Shown: positions 8,924 through 19,361, numbered from the stretch's first letter. The stretch is 64,000 nucleotides of DNA from a virus (IMGVR_UViG_3300031555_004297); one strand, 5' to 3'. Notes: generated by a model not told the origin, from the letters alone. Numbers and translations are program-made.

Positions 8924-9166
8924 TTAATTGGTTTCTAAATATGCAGAGTAATCCTCTCCAATAGTCTTGAGTACAACTCGAAACATTGCTCTCATATCTT
9001 TTTGATCAGTGATACCATGAATTTTAATTTTTTCAATAGTAGCATCAAGTCTCTGATGAATTGCAAAGAGCATTGGAAACTCATGTTGTTCTGCAGTGTC
9101 GGTATATTTGATAAATCTTTCTCGAAGAATGACACAATCTTCGACAGTGATATCATTCTTGCACAT
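8924..9166 (-). CDS. hypothetical protein
   Basis: 80-aa ORF overlapping the upstream gene end in a co-oriented operon. Confidence 0.55.
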   Translation of the reverse strand: MCKNDITVEDCVILRERFIKYTDTAEQHEFPMLFAIHQRLDATIEKIKIHGITDQKDMRAMFRVVLKTIGEDYSAYLETN

Positions 9167-9524
9167 ATTCTAGAACTATTTCAAGAAATGGAACGACTCT
9201 TACAGCAACATCTCGGCCTTCATTATCAACACCATTTAAGAATAATCCATTATGGCGATCTAATGTATGCCCTTCTACTTGCTCGATGTTATTTACAGAT
9301 TTTGCATGGTTTTCAAAAGGAATTATTTGATTGACACCCTCAACCCAACGATCGAGAATGGCATCGCAACCCGCATACTTATAGATTTGAGTAAGAAGAT
9401 TATCAATTGCAATACAAGGAAATCTCAATTCCTGAGGCCAAGAATCATTATTCGTATTGAATTCAATATAATTAATATGCTCAGATTTGATAAAAAGCCT
9501 TATAAAATTCCTAAGTTTAATCAT
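9153..9524 (-). CDS. hypothetical protein, paralog of 10682-11053
   Basis: TNNDSWPQELR vs TDNETFPKELR; translationally coupled to rtcB. Confidence 0.65.
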   Translation of the reverse strand: MIKLRNFIRLFIKSEHINYIEFNTNNDSWPQELRFPCIAIDNLLTQIYKYAGCDAILDRWVEGVNQIIPFENHAKSVNNIEQVEGHTLDRHNGLFLNGVDNEGRDVAVRVVPFLEIVLEYVQE

Positions 9525-10689
9525 TATTTTCTCCTTCTGCTTTGAAATTGTAAATAGGTTTAATTATCTTCTCAATTTCTACAGTATCTTTAATACGATC
9601 GGTAATATAATCCAATGACTTATAAGCCATCGGAGATTCATCGATTGTGCTATGAGAAATAGAACTTGAGTAAATGCCTTCCATCTCTTTCTTATACCGA
9701 GTAAGAGTAAGACTATTTCTAGCTTGCTCTCTTGTAAGAAGACGTCCAGCCCCATGAGGAGCAGAATTGTTCCAGTCAGAATTTGATTTGCCCTTGCCGA
9801 TAATGCAACCTTCCTTCATATTAATTGGAATGATTACCTGGTCGTGTTCGCATGCACGAATACAACCTTTTCGTAGATGGTAGTAAACAATTGGATTACC
9901 ATCTTCGCCTACTCCATCGCTAGCAATTCGAATTGAATTATGAGTACAACCTATTTGATCATATGAGATCTTCCATTTCATTGCTTTGCAGATCTCGTTT
10001 ATAATAGCTCCACGATTCTCACTAGCAAAATTAGAGACTCTACCTACATCCTGGTAGAAGTCCATCGCCTGATTACCTGTAAGATATGCAAACTCGTAAG
10101 GAATTTCAGGATGCTGAGCTTTGGCTTCTTCTTTATAATAGTCGATAATTTCTGTACCAAGATGTCGGCTGCCACTATGAACGATAAGCCAGTATTCGGA
10201 TTTTCCATTCATATCTTCAGAAATTCCGAGCTCGATGAAATGATTTCCGCCACCAAGAGTTCCAATACTGCAAAGAGCTTTATCTATATTAAAGTTTCGA
10301 CAAGTCAAGACATCGAGAACAAATTCTCTAATCCATACTTCTCGTTCTTTGATATTTTTATCACGAATATTCATTCCATAAGGAATTTCAGATCTGATAA
10401 ATTTATCAAGCTTTTCAAGTGCAATCTTGGGTTTACCGGCAAGCTTAACAGCAGATACACCGCATCCTATATCTCCACCAAGAAGAATAGGAGAAATTTT
10501 ATTTCGACTCATCAGACTGGTGCCAATTACGCAACCAGGACCAGCATGAACGTCGGGCATAATTCTTATAATAGCATCCTTTCCAATATCGCTATCGAGA
10601 AGGGCTTTAATCATTCCGAGAGAGCTCGGATCAATTTGATCTGTAAATACTTTACAGTTTTCAGACAAGATAGTTTCATATTTAATCAT
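9517..10689 (-). CDS. rtcB: RtcB family RNA ligase (3'-phosphate/2',3'-cyclic phosphate to 5'-OH)
   Basis: MPDVHAG, GGDIGCG, GTLGGGNHFIE, HSGSR, HN, SAPHGAGR, DESPMAYK. Confidence 0.95.
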   Translation of the reverse strand: MIKYETILSENCKVFTDQIDPSSLGMIKALLDSDIGKDAIIRIMPDVHAGPGCVIGTSLMSRNKISPILLGGDIGCGVSAVKLAGKPKIALEKLDKFIRSEIPYGMNIRDKNIKEREVWIREFVLDVLTCRNFNIDKALCSIGTLGGGNHFIELGISEDMNGKSEYWLIVHSGSRHLGTEIIDYYKEEAKAQHPEIPYEFAYLTGNQAMDFYQDVGRVSNFASENRGAIINEICKAMKWKISYDQIGCTHNSIRIASDGVGEDGNPIVYYHLRKGCIRACEHDQVIIPINMKEGCIIGKGKSNSDWNNSAPHGAGRLLTREQARNSLTLTRYKKEMEGIYSSSISHSTIDESPMAYKSLDYITDRIKDTVEIEKIIKPIYNFKAEGENND

Positions 10690-11053
10690 CTTTCTTCTCC
10701 TCTTCTGGTTTTAAGAATATTTCAACTAGTACTCCTACAGGAGTATATTTATTTCCTCCACCATCAGCTATTTCTACAGTGCAGAGTCCTGCAGTATCTG
10801 AAACAAAATATAGTTCTTCATATGATGCTATGTTTCTTCCAAATACTGGAGTTATATGGTCGATTACTCTTTCAAAAACTTCATCTAGATTTTCTTTTCT
10901 AATCCTCATATTTAAATCAGGAATAGAGGTTGTCTTAAGACGAAGTTCTTTAGGAAAAGTTTCATTATCTGTTCTCAGATAAAATTCTGGACGTTTATCT
11001 TCACCAGATTGATACAGATACATCCAATCTATTAATCTAACAGGATTCAGCAT
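10682..11053 (-). CDS. hypothetical protein, paralog of 9153-9524
   Basis: Start MLNPVRL with GAAAGGTGG RBS; shared motifs with 9153-9524. Confidence 0.65.
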   Translation of the reverse strand: MLNPVRLIDWMYLYQSGEDKRPEFYLRTDNETFPKELRLKTTSIPDLNMRIRKENLDEVFERVIDHITPVFGRNIASYEELYFVSDTAGLCTVEIADGGGNKYTPVGVLVEIFLKPEEEKKDD

Positions 11054-11664
11054 TCTTTCTATGCCACCTTTCATTAAACGCTTTGATATCATCTTGATTG
11101 ATAGTGCAATCATTTTCAATCCACTTTCTAATCATTTCAGCTCTTTCAGCAAGTGGTCTGAGAGTTTCGATTGGCATTCCCACTCTATGATAAGACCCTA
11201 AAGCCATAACAATTCCTAAGAATTCTTCTCGAAGATTTTCTTTAGTCAATTGCTCAAACGGCTTTACGACATAAGGATAGAAGTTTTTGAGGGCTTCTTC
11301 TCTTTCTTTCTGAGCTTGATCGATCTTTTTCTTAAACCCATCCAAATCAAAAGCCCAAGAATACTCAGGATGGATATGGACAAATGAGGCTTTAAATCCA
11401 TCTTCATTAAAGCCTACATCTTTTAATGGATGATCATAATCCAGTTTACCTTTGCTTTCATCATGAATTCTGATCAGTGCCAACCACTTTTGGTTAACTT
11501 CTTTGATGCAAGAAGCTATTGCTTCTCTCGACTTGGCACATCGAGTAGTAATAAGATTCTCAGCATCTTTTACAAAATCGAGCATGCATTTTTCAATACT
11601 ATCTTCCAACTTTTCAGTTGTATCACAGCTTTTTAAAACACATGTAATAGTGCTTTGCTTTCAT
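11037..11664 (-). CDS. hypothetical protein; RBS-linked ATG (11664) is out of frame with the body (apparent +1 frameshift/indel)
   Basis: AAGGAG + MKAKHYYMCFKKL* overlaps the main frame that continues SCDTTEKLEDS…. Confidence 0.55.
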
Positions 11665-11688
11665 TTTTTTCATTCTCCTTATATTATT

Positions 11689-12159
11689 TTATGATTTACG
11701 ACGATCTTCACAGATCTTAAATGCTTGGTCTCTTCTTGTATAAAATCCTTTATCTGTATTTACAAAGTCAGAATCGATATACTTAGATTTACCAGTCCTA
11801 TCATTCTTGAGCTTATAAAGAACTTTCTCATGGCGAAGTTCTACAGATTCAATCTTCCAATGGATAGGAAGTGGAAGATCATCTGTAATTTCATACATAA
11901 TATCTCCAGGATGGGCTTTAAATACATAAGCATCTCCAAATCCATATGAAACAATGGTATCAACAGATCCACCGAGATATTCATTAATAAGCAAATGAAT
12001 TTCTTCTTTGGGAAGCCCTTCGAGTTTTGCTACAACTGCTCTAGCTTCATCAAAGAACTCGTAAATATCCTGTTTATTTTCCTTATTGATCCAGATGATA
12101 ACCGTTTTAGGATGCTTAAAGGTATGATGAGAGTAACTAATTAAACATGCATGTTTCAT
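11689..12159 (-). CDS. hypothetical protein
   Basis: ORF with AAGGAG RBS and early promoter motif upstream. Confidence 0.7.
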   Translation of the reverse strand: MKHACLISYSHHTFKHPKTVIIWINKENKQDIYEFFDEARAVVAKLEGLPKEEIHLLINEYLGGSVDTIVSYGFGDAYVFKAHPGDIMYEITDDLPLPIHWKIESVELRHEKVLYKLKNDRTGKSKYIDSDFVNTDKGFYTRRDQAFKICEDRRKS

Positions 12160-12246
12160 TTTCATTCTCCTTTTCAAATTTGTTATTCATAAGTATAATA
12201 TACATTTAAAAATAAAATAAGATGGGAGGAATACCCTCCCATCTTA

Positions 12247-13014
12247 TTATTTATTGTGCTTAGTATCAATATCGGCTTTTATAAGTTTAGCAATTTCCAT
12301 GGCATCTGCATAATATTCATTATACTTGACATATTCTTTAGATGGATCTACCTCGCTTGCATCTACCATTTCGATAGATACGACATTGATTGGATGCATA
12401 GACATGATCTCATGACTAGTATGGAATCTGCTTTCAACCTCATCAGGCGAATCCGCTTCAACATAGGCAACAATTTCCTCATCTTTAATTAGGAATGTAT
12501 AGGTTAACTTAAAAATCGGATGAGATGAGTAGAAAATTTTATGAATGTCATTGGGTGGCTGAATATCTACAGAGCTTTTAACTCGGCATTCATCATTAAG
12601 CAAATCTCTTACTTCCATAAGAATATAACCAAGTCGATTTTGTCCGCAGTTATTGACTTCATCATACCCCCAATAAGCATCACCCCAGTTATTTGCTTCT
12701 ACAAGAATAGAATCGCCTGTTCCAATAAGTTTTTTAGCAAGCTCTGGGTTTTGCTTAAACTTGAAGATTATAATATCCTTCATGATATTATCCTTGACAA
12801 ATTCCCAATCTGATCGCAGATTTACTTTTCTGCCAAGTCTCTTTGCTTGAGATGGATTAAGATTGCAGAATTCTCGTGCTCTTGAAGGATCTTTCTGAGC
12901 ATGGAATGCTGCTTCAGAATTCTGATAAGTTATACCCTGATATGTTACATGGCAAGAATAATAATTGCTAAGGAAATAATATTTTCCTTTAAAACCAAAA
13001 ATCATATTTTCCAT
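12247..13014 (-). CDS. NADAR (YbiA-like) family protein with C-terminal extension
   Basis: FLSNYY…YQNSEAAFHAQK…AKRLGR…DW…KFKQNPEL..KLIGTG…LVEA..WGDAYWG…GQNRLG.ILM.VR. Confidence 0.9.
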   Translation of the reverse strand: MENMIFGFKGKYYFLSNYYSCHVTYQGITYQNSEAAFHAQKDPSRAREFCNLNPSQAKRLGRKVNLRSDWEFVKDNIMKDIIIFKFKQNPELAKKLIGTGDSILVEANNWGDAYWGYDEVNNCGQNRLGYILMEVRDLLNDECRVKSSVDIQPPNDIHKIFYSSHPIFKLTYTFLIKDEEIVAYVEADSPDEVESRFHTSHEIMSMHPINVVSIEMVDASEVDPSKEYVKYNEYYADAMEIAKLIKADIDTKHNK

Positions 13015-14093
13015 TTTGTAGATTTAAAGAGCTCCCTATCCTCTTCATCCTCCTGTTTTCTTATTTCATGAACCTCTGATACGGATCTGCTAAATGATTC
13101 TATAACCTTTTCGATATTTTTGATATCTTTATTTACAGTTCTAAGCAAGTCTTTTATGCTTAGATCTTTATAAGATTTTAAACTTTCGATGACTTTTAAT
13201 AATTCTATATTTGCATAATAATTATTAAGCCACATAATAAGCTCCAATCTAGATTCAAAGCATCTATTAATTGGAATAAAGCTTGATCTATATGGATTGC
13301 TATTAGCAAGCTCATCCATCGATTCAACAGCATATCTTATACCATGCTTATTCTTCTTATGATTCATGCGATAAATACATAATGAGTTATTATCATGATT
13401 ATCTACAGTAGAAACTGATTCTATAGTGTAGCATACAAGATTACGATTTATGGCATATTTGTCTATATCATTATTCGATGCCATATCTATGCTTTCTTGC
13501 ATATCCAATATATCCATTCTTGTTATATGCCGCGCTATATCTTTAGCCATAGCTTCTTTAACCCCGGCATCATTTATTACGCTATCAGCTATATGATATC
13601 CATCTCTTTTAATAGCTTCGATAAATCCAACAACAAGCTCATAATCGTGCATAAGACTATCATAATCTTTGAAATAAGATGCTAGCTTCTTTGCATATTT
13701 TCCTTTACCAAGAGCTTTATCGCTACTTAAAATATTTCCATGATAACACAACCAACGCTCAAAATATGATTCATCTTGAATTGCTTCGCGTAATGTAATA
13801 GCCTTATCATCTGTTTCAGATAAAGTAGTAAGCCGTTTGATAATTGCCGGTGGTAACATAAGTTTTTCTATAGCATGATAACGCAATTCCTCTTTCAAAT
13901 ATTTTATATTTGAAGGATCTGTATAATTTCGCCTGCTTAAAGCATCTTTTACAACATTGCTTTCTGTCATTTCTTTAAGCACGTAGTTTTGCAGCCCATC
14001 TGCAGGATTACTGAATTTTTCAGAAGACAGCGCGTGAAAAATAGTGACTATAGTAAGATCTTTGTAAGCTGGTCTATAAGTTGTATTTGCCAT
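13002..14093 (-). CDS. hypothetical protein
   Basis: 363-aa ORF with GGAGG RBS. Confidence 0.7.
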   Translation of the reverse strand: MANTTYRPAYKDLTIVTIFHALSSEKFSNPADGLQNYVLKEMTESNVVKDALSRRNYTDPSNIKYLKEELRYHAIEKLMLPPAIIKRLTTLSETDDKAITLREAIQDESYFERWLCYHGNILSSDKALGKGKYAKKLASYFKDYDSLMHDYELVVGFIEAIKRDGYHIADSVINDAGVKEAMAKDIARHITRMDILDMQESIDMASNNDIDKYAINRNLVCYTIESVSTVDNHDNNSLCIYRMNHKKNKHGIRYAVESMDELANSNPYRSSFIPINRCFESRLELIMWLNNYYANIELLKVIESLKSYKDLSIKDLLRTVNKDIKNIEKVIESFSRSVSEVHEIRKQEDEEDRELFKSTKWKI

Positions 14094-14096
14094 AAT

Positions 14097-14468
14097 TTAT
14101 TTTTCCTCCTCTTTTGTATGAATCTCTCCTGTATAGAGACCGTTATCTTTTAGATTTTGCAAGACTTCTTTTTGAACACTATTACAGTATCCCATATGAA
14201 GCCATGTATGTACTGATACAGTATTGGTGATATCACAGAGCCACTCATTGAAAGCTGCATAGAATTCTTTCGGACACATATCTCCGATTTCCTCTCTAGT
14301 CTTTCCGAGCTTCTTCATTGCAATATCCATAAGTTTTAATTGATGCGATGGTACGGCATATTCAACCGTACCATCTTCAAGAATGACTATCTCAAGATAA
14401 TTGATATATTTAGCTTTGTGTTTTTCTAAGTCGAACTTACATCTGCAGTCGTATTCTTTTTCTTCCAT
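14097..14468 (-). CDS. hypothetical phage protein
   Basis: Start MEEKEY with GGAGG RBS; motif YINYLEIVILEDGTVEYAVPSHQ. Confidence 0.7.
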   Translation of the reverse strand: MEEKEYDCRCKFDLEKHKAKYINYLEIVILEDGTVEYAVPSHQLKLMDIAMKKLGKTREEIGDMCPKEFYAAFNEWLCDITNTVSVHTWLHMGYCNSVQKEVLQNLKDNGLYTGEIHTKEEEK

Positions 14469-14470
14469 AA

Positions 14471-15709
14471 CTACCTCCAAAGTTTTATGGTAATTTTCTT
14501 TTGATTTGCTATATCTAAGCATTCTTTCTTAAACCTATTAAACTCATCAGATTCCAAGAAATCAATAGACATAGCAGTTTGAATATCTTTTAGAATAGAA
14601 ATATCATTATATGCTGACATCTTAAGAATCTTCTCAAGTTCAGAATTATTGGCTGTTAAAAATCCTTTGACTCCAATTCCTATTTTGTGAGCAATCTCCA
14701 GAATGTGAAAATCTGCTACAATTGCCATATTTGTGTCTAGAATGATACCTCCATCTAATGTTTTCATTATTTGCGATGGATTCTTCGAGTTTAAAATATT
14801 TACTCTATCGCTGCCAACTCTAGCTTGATTAGGAATTTCCCAAGCATTAATATACATATCTAAACACTCTGCAATCTTATCTGCTGGTATTTCACAAATA
14901 TGCATAATATAATGGAGCCATATACACCTTTTAATAGATCTAAGGCATTTATTTTGATCTAAATCCGATTCTATATAAGTACTATGAATAATTTTTTGAG
15001 CTTCCATTATAGCGTTATGTCGATCAAGCAATCTTTGATGCTCAGCCTCTTGCCTACGTTCAAATTCTTTTTCAGCTTTTTGCCGTTTAGCTTCGGCTTC
15101 ACGACGCTTTAATTCGACTTGCGCTACCCATTGTATAACTTCATCAAAAATATGATCATATGTATAATACGACCTAAAACATCTACATGGTTCGTCAAGC
15201 CAATCTTTTACAAGCTGTCTAGTTTGCTCTTTAGATCCTTTAAATAAAATTATATTCTTTGGACCATGATCATAAATATTAGCCAAATAATTACCAACAC
15301 TTATATATTTTGTGCATAATGATTTCCAATTTTTCCAAATTAAATAAGTATATACAACCAAATGCTTTGGAGTTTCATTTATAATCATTTTATTAAGTTT
15401 ATTATACATTTCTGTACTGGTTCTGAAAGATGGATTCAAGTCTTTAAGCTTCTTTATTAGGAATTTCTTATCCTCATAGCTCATAAGAAGATCAAGAGCA
15501 TGCTTATACTGTGTCATGATACTCATACCATTTAAGGGTAAAGTAATAGAATCGAAAACATCGATATAGTGATCTAATGATGTTTTAGTAATCTCTCCTG
15601 GTTCAAAATACCTATCAATATCTGCAGGAAAACAGAAGTCTTCTGCGTTATCGTAAAGATACATCAGGAATGCGGCTTTCTTTAATTCACGAAATCTTTC
15701 TTGGTTCAT
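14471..15709 (-). CDS. hypothetical protein with central coiled coil
   Basis: Start MNQERF with AAGGAG RBS; early promoter at 15779-15787. Confidence 0.7.
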   Translation of the reverse strand: MNQERFRELKKAAFLMYLYDNAEDFCFPADIDRYFEPGEITKTSLDHYIDVFDSITLPLNGMSIMTQYKHALDLLMSYEDKKFLIKKLKDLNPSFRTSTEMYNKLNKMIINETPKHLVVYTYLIWKNWKSLCTKYISVGNYLANIYDHGPKNIILFKGSKEQTRQLVKDWLDEPCRCFRSYYTYDHIFDEVIQWVAQVELKRREAEAKRQKAEKEFERRQEAEHQRLLDRHNAIMEAQKIIHSTYIESDLDQNKCLRSIKRCIWLHYIMHICEIPADKIAECLDMYINAWEIPNQARVGSDRVNILNSKNPSQIMKTLDGGIILDTNMAIVADFHILEIAHKIGIGVKGFLTANNSELEKILKMSAYNDISILKDIQTAMSIDFLESDEFNRFKKECLDIANQKKITIKLWR

Positions 15710-15827
15710 TTTTATTCTCCTTTTCTTTTTTTTGACTTTTTGTCGCAAGTAGGCGTCTTACTTAAGTCTATTCAAGAATATAATATATGCTCATTTTAGA
15801 CTAGAATAACAAAAAAAAAGAAGAGGG

Positions 15828-16163
15828 TTACCCATCTTCTTTTGGCGTATATCGCCTTGTTGTGCCATAATATGGATCAGCTGTTACTCTAAAAAATTCG
15901 CTAAAAGTCAGTGGCCTCTCATTGATACAAGACTTCCTAATAGCGTATTCTATAAAATTCGCTGATGATAAAGGCATAGCAATACATCTTCCGCCTTCAA
16001 ACAGATCTACGGCAGGATACAAACTATCTGCATCTGGATAATAATGAAATAAGCAGCCCCTCTCTACTCTATACAATCCTATTTTTCTCCCAAATAGGAA
16101 TTCAGATGAATTCCAGGGTTTCCTATGCTCATCGATTGCATCAGGAAATTTTATTCTTCCCAT
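15828..16163 (-). CDS. hypothetical protein
   Basis: 111-aa ORF coupled to the upstream gene. Confidence 0.6.
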   Translation of the reverse strand: MGRIKFPDAIDEHRKPWNSSEFLFGRKIGLYRVERGCLFHYYPDADSLYPAVDLFEGGRCIAMPLSSANFIEYAIRKSCINERPLTFSEFFRVTADPYYGTTRRYTPKEDG

Positions 16164-17278
16164 AAGTGTGCCTCTTTTCCATAATACTCTTCAAGATAAA
16201 CATTTGCTTCTTCTATAGGCATTGCCATAATCTTTTTAGCTTCATCATCTCTGATGCCTATAAGGCGAGCTCTACGCTGCTCTGTCTCATGCTTAAGTAT
16301 AGGATTATAAGCTCTATACCAAAAGATGTTACTCATTCCTTGTACTCCTATACCACTGACCTTCTTAAAGATCTTATAGATGGTATAAAAGTGATAACCT
16401 TGCTGGGTAATTTCTTTTTCAAATCTTGTAAGCATAGGAATAGCTGAGGTCTTGCCCATTTTGCTAATATTATTAGCAAGAGAAGTATTGAAATAGAACC
16501 TGTATTCTGGCCAATTCTCATAATCATAGAGATTATCAGAATATCTAGATCTAGCTGTATTAAGATGATTCTTAAGAACTTCGATATTGCTAAAGTCTAG
16601 AATCTCTCCACTAAAATTTTCATCTATTAGAAGTAATCCTTTGGCAAGAGCTCGAATATCGTGGAAATATGCAGGAATTTGAGAATCTTCTGCGGTAAGT
16701 TTATTATATTCATCCATAATTTCCTTAAAACCCGCATTGATTCGCTCTTGAACAAAATCAAGTCCAGCGAGTCTATCATCTGGAACATTCCAGAGATCGA
16801 ATCCCTCAATACCAGAAGCTATTATATTCTTAAGCTTTATACACTGCCTTTCATAGGCAAGTTTATTACCTTCCCTATTACAAGCATAAGTATAAATCTT
16901 ACTTCTCCATAGATCATTCTGTCCCTCGTTAGGGCTAAGAACGATCTCGATAGGAATGTCATCATCATTCTCCGATCTGATATAGTTTGCAACCTCTTCT
17001 ATATTTGTATGATTCATATAGTAAAGGTTATTATAAGCCTCTCCAAGATAAAATTCGGCATCGAGCTCATAATTAAGTTTCTTACCATCTCTAAGCATAC
17101 AGGAAATCGGGCTCTTAATATTGATCTTGCCTTCGAGTTCCATTGCATTATAGATCTTTGATGTCGCAACTGCTTCGGATATATCAAGTAATGCTGCGAT
17201 ATCGGTAATATTCCAGCCATCTCGGCTTAAATAAAGAGCGAAGCAATTAACTTCTTTTTGCGTTAAAATTTCAGACAT
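16151..17278 (-). CDS. hypothetical protein with possible N-terminal HTH
   Basis: GWNITDIAALLDISEAVA resembles a helix-turn-helix. Confidence 0.65.
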   Translation of the reverse strand: MSEILTQKEVNCFALYLSRDGWNITDIAALLDISEAVATSKIYNAMELEGKINIKSPISCMLRDGKKLNYELDAEFYLGEAYNNLYYMNHTNIEEVANYIRSENDDDIPIEIVLSPNEGQNDLWRSKIYTYACNREGNKLAYERQCIKLKNIIASGIEGFDLWNVPDDRLAGLDFVQERINAGFKEIMDEYNKLTAEDSQIPAYFHDIRALAKGLLLIDENFSGEILDFSNIEVLKNHLNTARSRYSDNLYDYENWPEYRFYFNTSLANNISKMGKTSAIPMLTRFEKEITQQGYHFYTIYKIFKKVSGIGVQGMSNIFWYRAYNPILKHETEQRRARLIGIRDDEAKKIMAMPIEEANVYLEEYYGKEAHLWEE

Positions 17279-17744
17279 ATCTTATATCTCCTCCCCACGT
17301 TTCTGTGTATTCTTTATCTGGTTTACTAATGAGATACTCAAAAGTAATACATTTGTTTGTAATAATATATGCACTCATATCCATTAGTATTCTGCTAGCA
17401 TCTTCTTTGTTTATTCTACCACAGTCTATATCTGCACTTAGACCGAGGCATTTACCCGAAACCTTTGTAAGAAGGGCGTATCGCAGATTTGATTCTACAG
17501 TTCTATGGGCTTCAAGAATCGTATATACTGGCATGAAGAATAAACAATTTTCATTATTCTTCGACAGTTCTCTCCATTCCCCAAAATCTACTTTCTTAGG
17601 GCCATCTAGATCCGTAGCTACATAGTTAGTACCAATCTCATATTTCTTCTTTTCTTTATCAGAAATCTCAAAGATTCTAGCTATAGGTTTTTGTTTATTT
17701 TCTGGATTATAGGACCCGGTATAGGCATTGGCTATTAATTTCAT
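17271..17744 (-). CDS. hypothetical protein
   Basis: ORF with RBS in early operon. Confidence 0.65.
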   Translation of the reverse strand: MKLIANAYTGSYNPENKQKPIARIFEISDKEKKKYEIGTNYVATDLDGPKKVDFGEWRELSKNNENCLFFMPVYTILEAHRTVESNLRYALLTKVSGKCLGLSADIDCGRINKEDASRILMDMSAYIITNKCITFEYLISKPDKEYTETWGGDIRYV

Positions 17745-17758
17745 GATCCTCTTCTCCT

Positions 17759-18052
17759 TTATTTAAATTTCCATCTAAGAGTATCAATCCGGCAAGAAAT
17801 ACGAGCTTTAAGAAGAGTAAATCTAGATACTCCTGTAAAGAATGAATAATGGCTATTACCATCATCCCAAAGTACAACTAATGTTTTGCGATAAGTAAAG
17901 ATCCATGCATTAATTCCGATATTAGGCGCATATGTCAAGCAATGGAAATCTTTACAATCGATTCCTTCGATTGTAGCAAGGCAACTATGCTCATCAAGAA
18001 TCTTCTGAAGTTCTGCAAGCTTTTGCCATTTGTTTTGTTTGTTCTTTTTCAT
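17759..18052 (-). CDS. hypothetical protein
   Basis: ORF with AAGGAG RBS. Confidence 0.65.
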   Translation of the reverse strand: MKKNKQNKWQKLAELQKILDEHSCLATIEGIDCKDFHCLTYAPNIGINAWIFTYRKTLVVLWDDGNSHYSFFTGVSRFTLLKARISCRIDTLRWKFK

Positions 18053-18066
18053 AGTTTTTATTCTCC

Positions 18067-18342
18067 TTAATAAATTTGTCTATAAAGATAAATCACATCG
18101 ATAGGTGTTTCTATCCACAAAGCATAAACTAAACTATCATGTTCGTTATATACGATTCCAGTAGTTTTATCATTTAAATAAAGTGTGGACAGATATTGAT
18201 CGATACCTTTGCTTTCACATTTCTGCAAAAGATCTTTGTGAGCATGCTCAAATACCAGAGGAATCCTAATAGAACCAATATTCGTATATTCGACACTATC
18301 GTCATGATCTCTTTTGAGAATTGTACGATTAAATTTGATCAT
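18067..18342 (-). CDS. hypothetical protein
   Basis: ATGA overlap with upstream gene. Confidence 0.6.
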   Translation of the reverse strand: MIKFNRTILKRDHDDSVEYTNIGSIRIPLVFEHAHKDLLQKCESKGIDQYLSTLYLNDKTTGIVYNEHDSLVYALWIETPIDVIYLYRQIY

Positions 18343-19259
18343 ATAGAATAGGATCTGTGATCTTCTTCTCCAGTATTCTTTTCATAAATATGCAGACCGT
18401 TGTATTTATCATAAACACGAATATCTGCAATCTGAATATTAGATAAATGACTGCACAGTTGACTTAGATGCAGTTTCCCAGTGATATGATCACATACAGC
18501 ATCCTTAATAGCCTCAGAGGATGCAATAAATGCATGTACATATCTTGGGATGCTAGTTTTTCTAATATTGAGCACATATCTATTTCTATTAAGATGATAC
18601 AAAATAGGCATAATATCGAGCATATTGATTTCGCCCATAAAAGGACCATTTTCTGTCTTAAAGATAAGATCGCTCGCAATATATGCTATAGGATCCTGCT
18701 CGAATCTATTAAAATCAAGAGGTTTAGAAGATATCTTTTCTTCTTTTATGCTATAAATAAGATAAGCATTTACAAAGGTAATAGTTTTCTTATACTCTTT
18801 ATAGAAATCCTCTTTAAACAAATTAACTAGCATAATCTTAATATTAAACAACCTATTTTCGATTTCTTTGCTGCTCATTGCAAGATCAAATGCTAGTGTT
18901 CTTGCAAGAGTTGCAACTCCAATTTCTATATTAGAAGCAATAGCTTCGTGGTAACAAGAGTCATCGTCTTGTGCAATTTCGGTATCGACTAGTTCAATAC
19001 AGCAGCATGTCATATTATCTTGCTCTTGAATTGTAATAAAATCTTTAATAACAACTTCCGGATTCTGTAACACAATAGGGCCAAGGGATAAAGTGGCTTC
19101 CCAGATAGTTTTAGTATTGTAGATACCATGGTTTTTCAATCCACGATCTCTTAAAGTATCTACGACAAAAGGCGTAAATCCTGCGCGATCGAAATCAATC
19201 TTAAATAAAAGATTTCCTTCAGATGCAATAACGATGTCAATAAGTTTCATAGTTTTCAT
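18339..19259 (-). CDS. hypothetical protein
   Basis: 306-aa ORF with AAAGGAG RBS; early promoter at 19299-19307. Confidence 0.7.
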   Translation of the reverse strand: MKTMKLIDIVIASEGNLLFKIDFDRAGFTPFVVDTLRDRGLKNHGIYNTKTIWEATLSLGPIVLQNPEVVIKDFITIQEQDNMTCCCIELVDTEIAQDDDSCYHEAIASNIEIGVATLARTLAFDLAMSSKEIENRLFNIKIMLVNLFKEDFYKEYKKTITFVNAYLIYSIKEEKISSKPLDFNRFEQDPIAYIASDLIFKTENGPFMGEINMLDIMPILYHLNRNRYVLNIRKTSIPRYVHAFIASSEAIKDAVCDHITGKLHLSQLCSHLSNIQIADIRVYDKYNGLHIYEKNTGEEDHRSYSI

Positions 19260-19327
19260 TCTCCTTTAATGAATTTATTTTTTTTTCTTATTCATTATTA
19301 TAATATACACTTATAAATAAAAATAAA

Positions 19328-19354
19328 ACCGAGATGGAACGAGTCCATCTCGGT
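19328..19354. terminator. terminator hairpin after beta-prime gene
   Basis: ACCGAGATGGA/TCCATCTCGGT stem with T-run on the minus strand. Confidence 0.75.
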
Positions 19355-19361
19355 ATATAAT

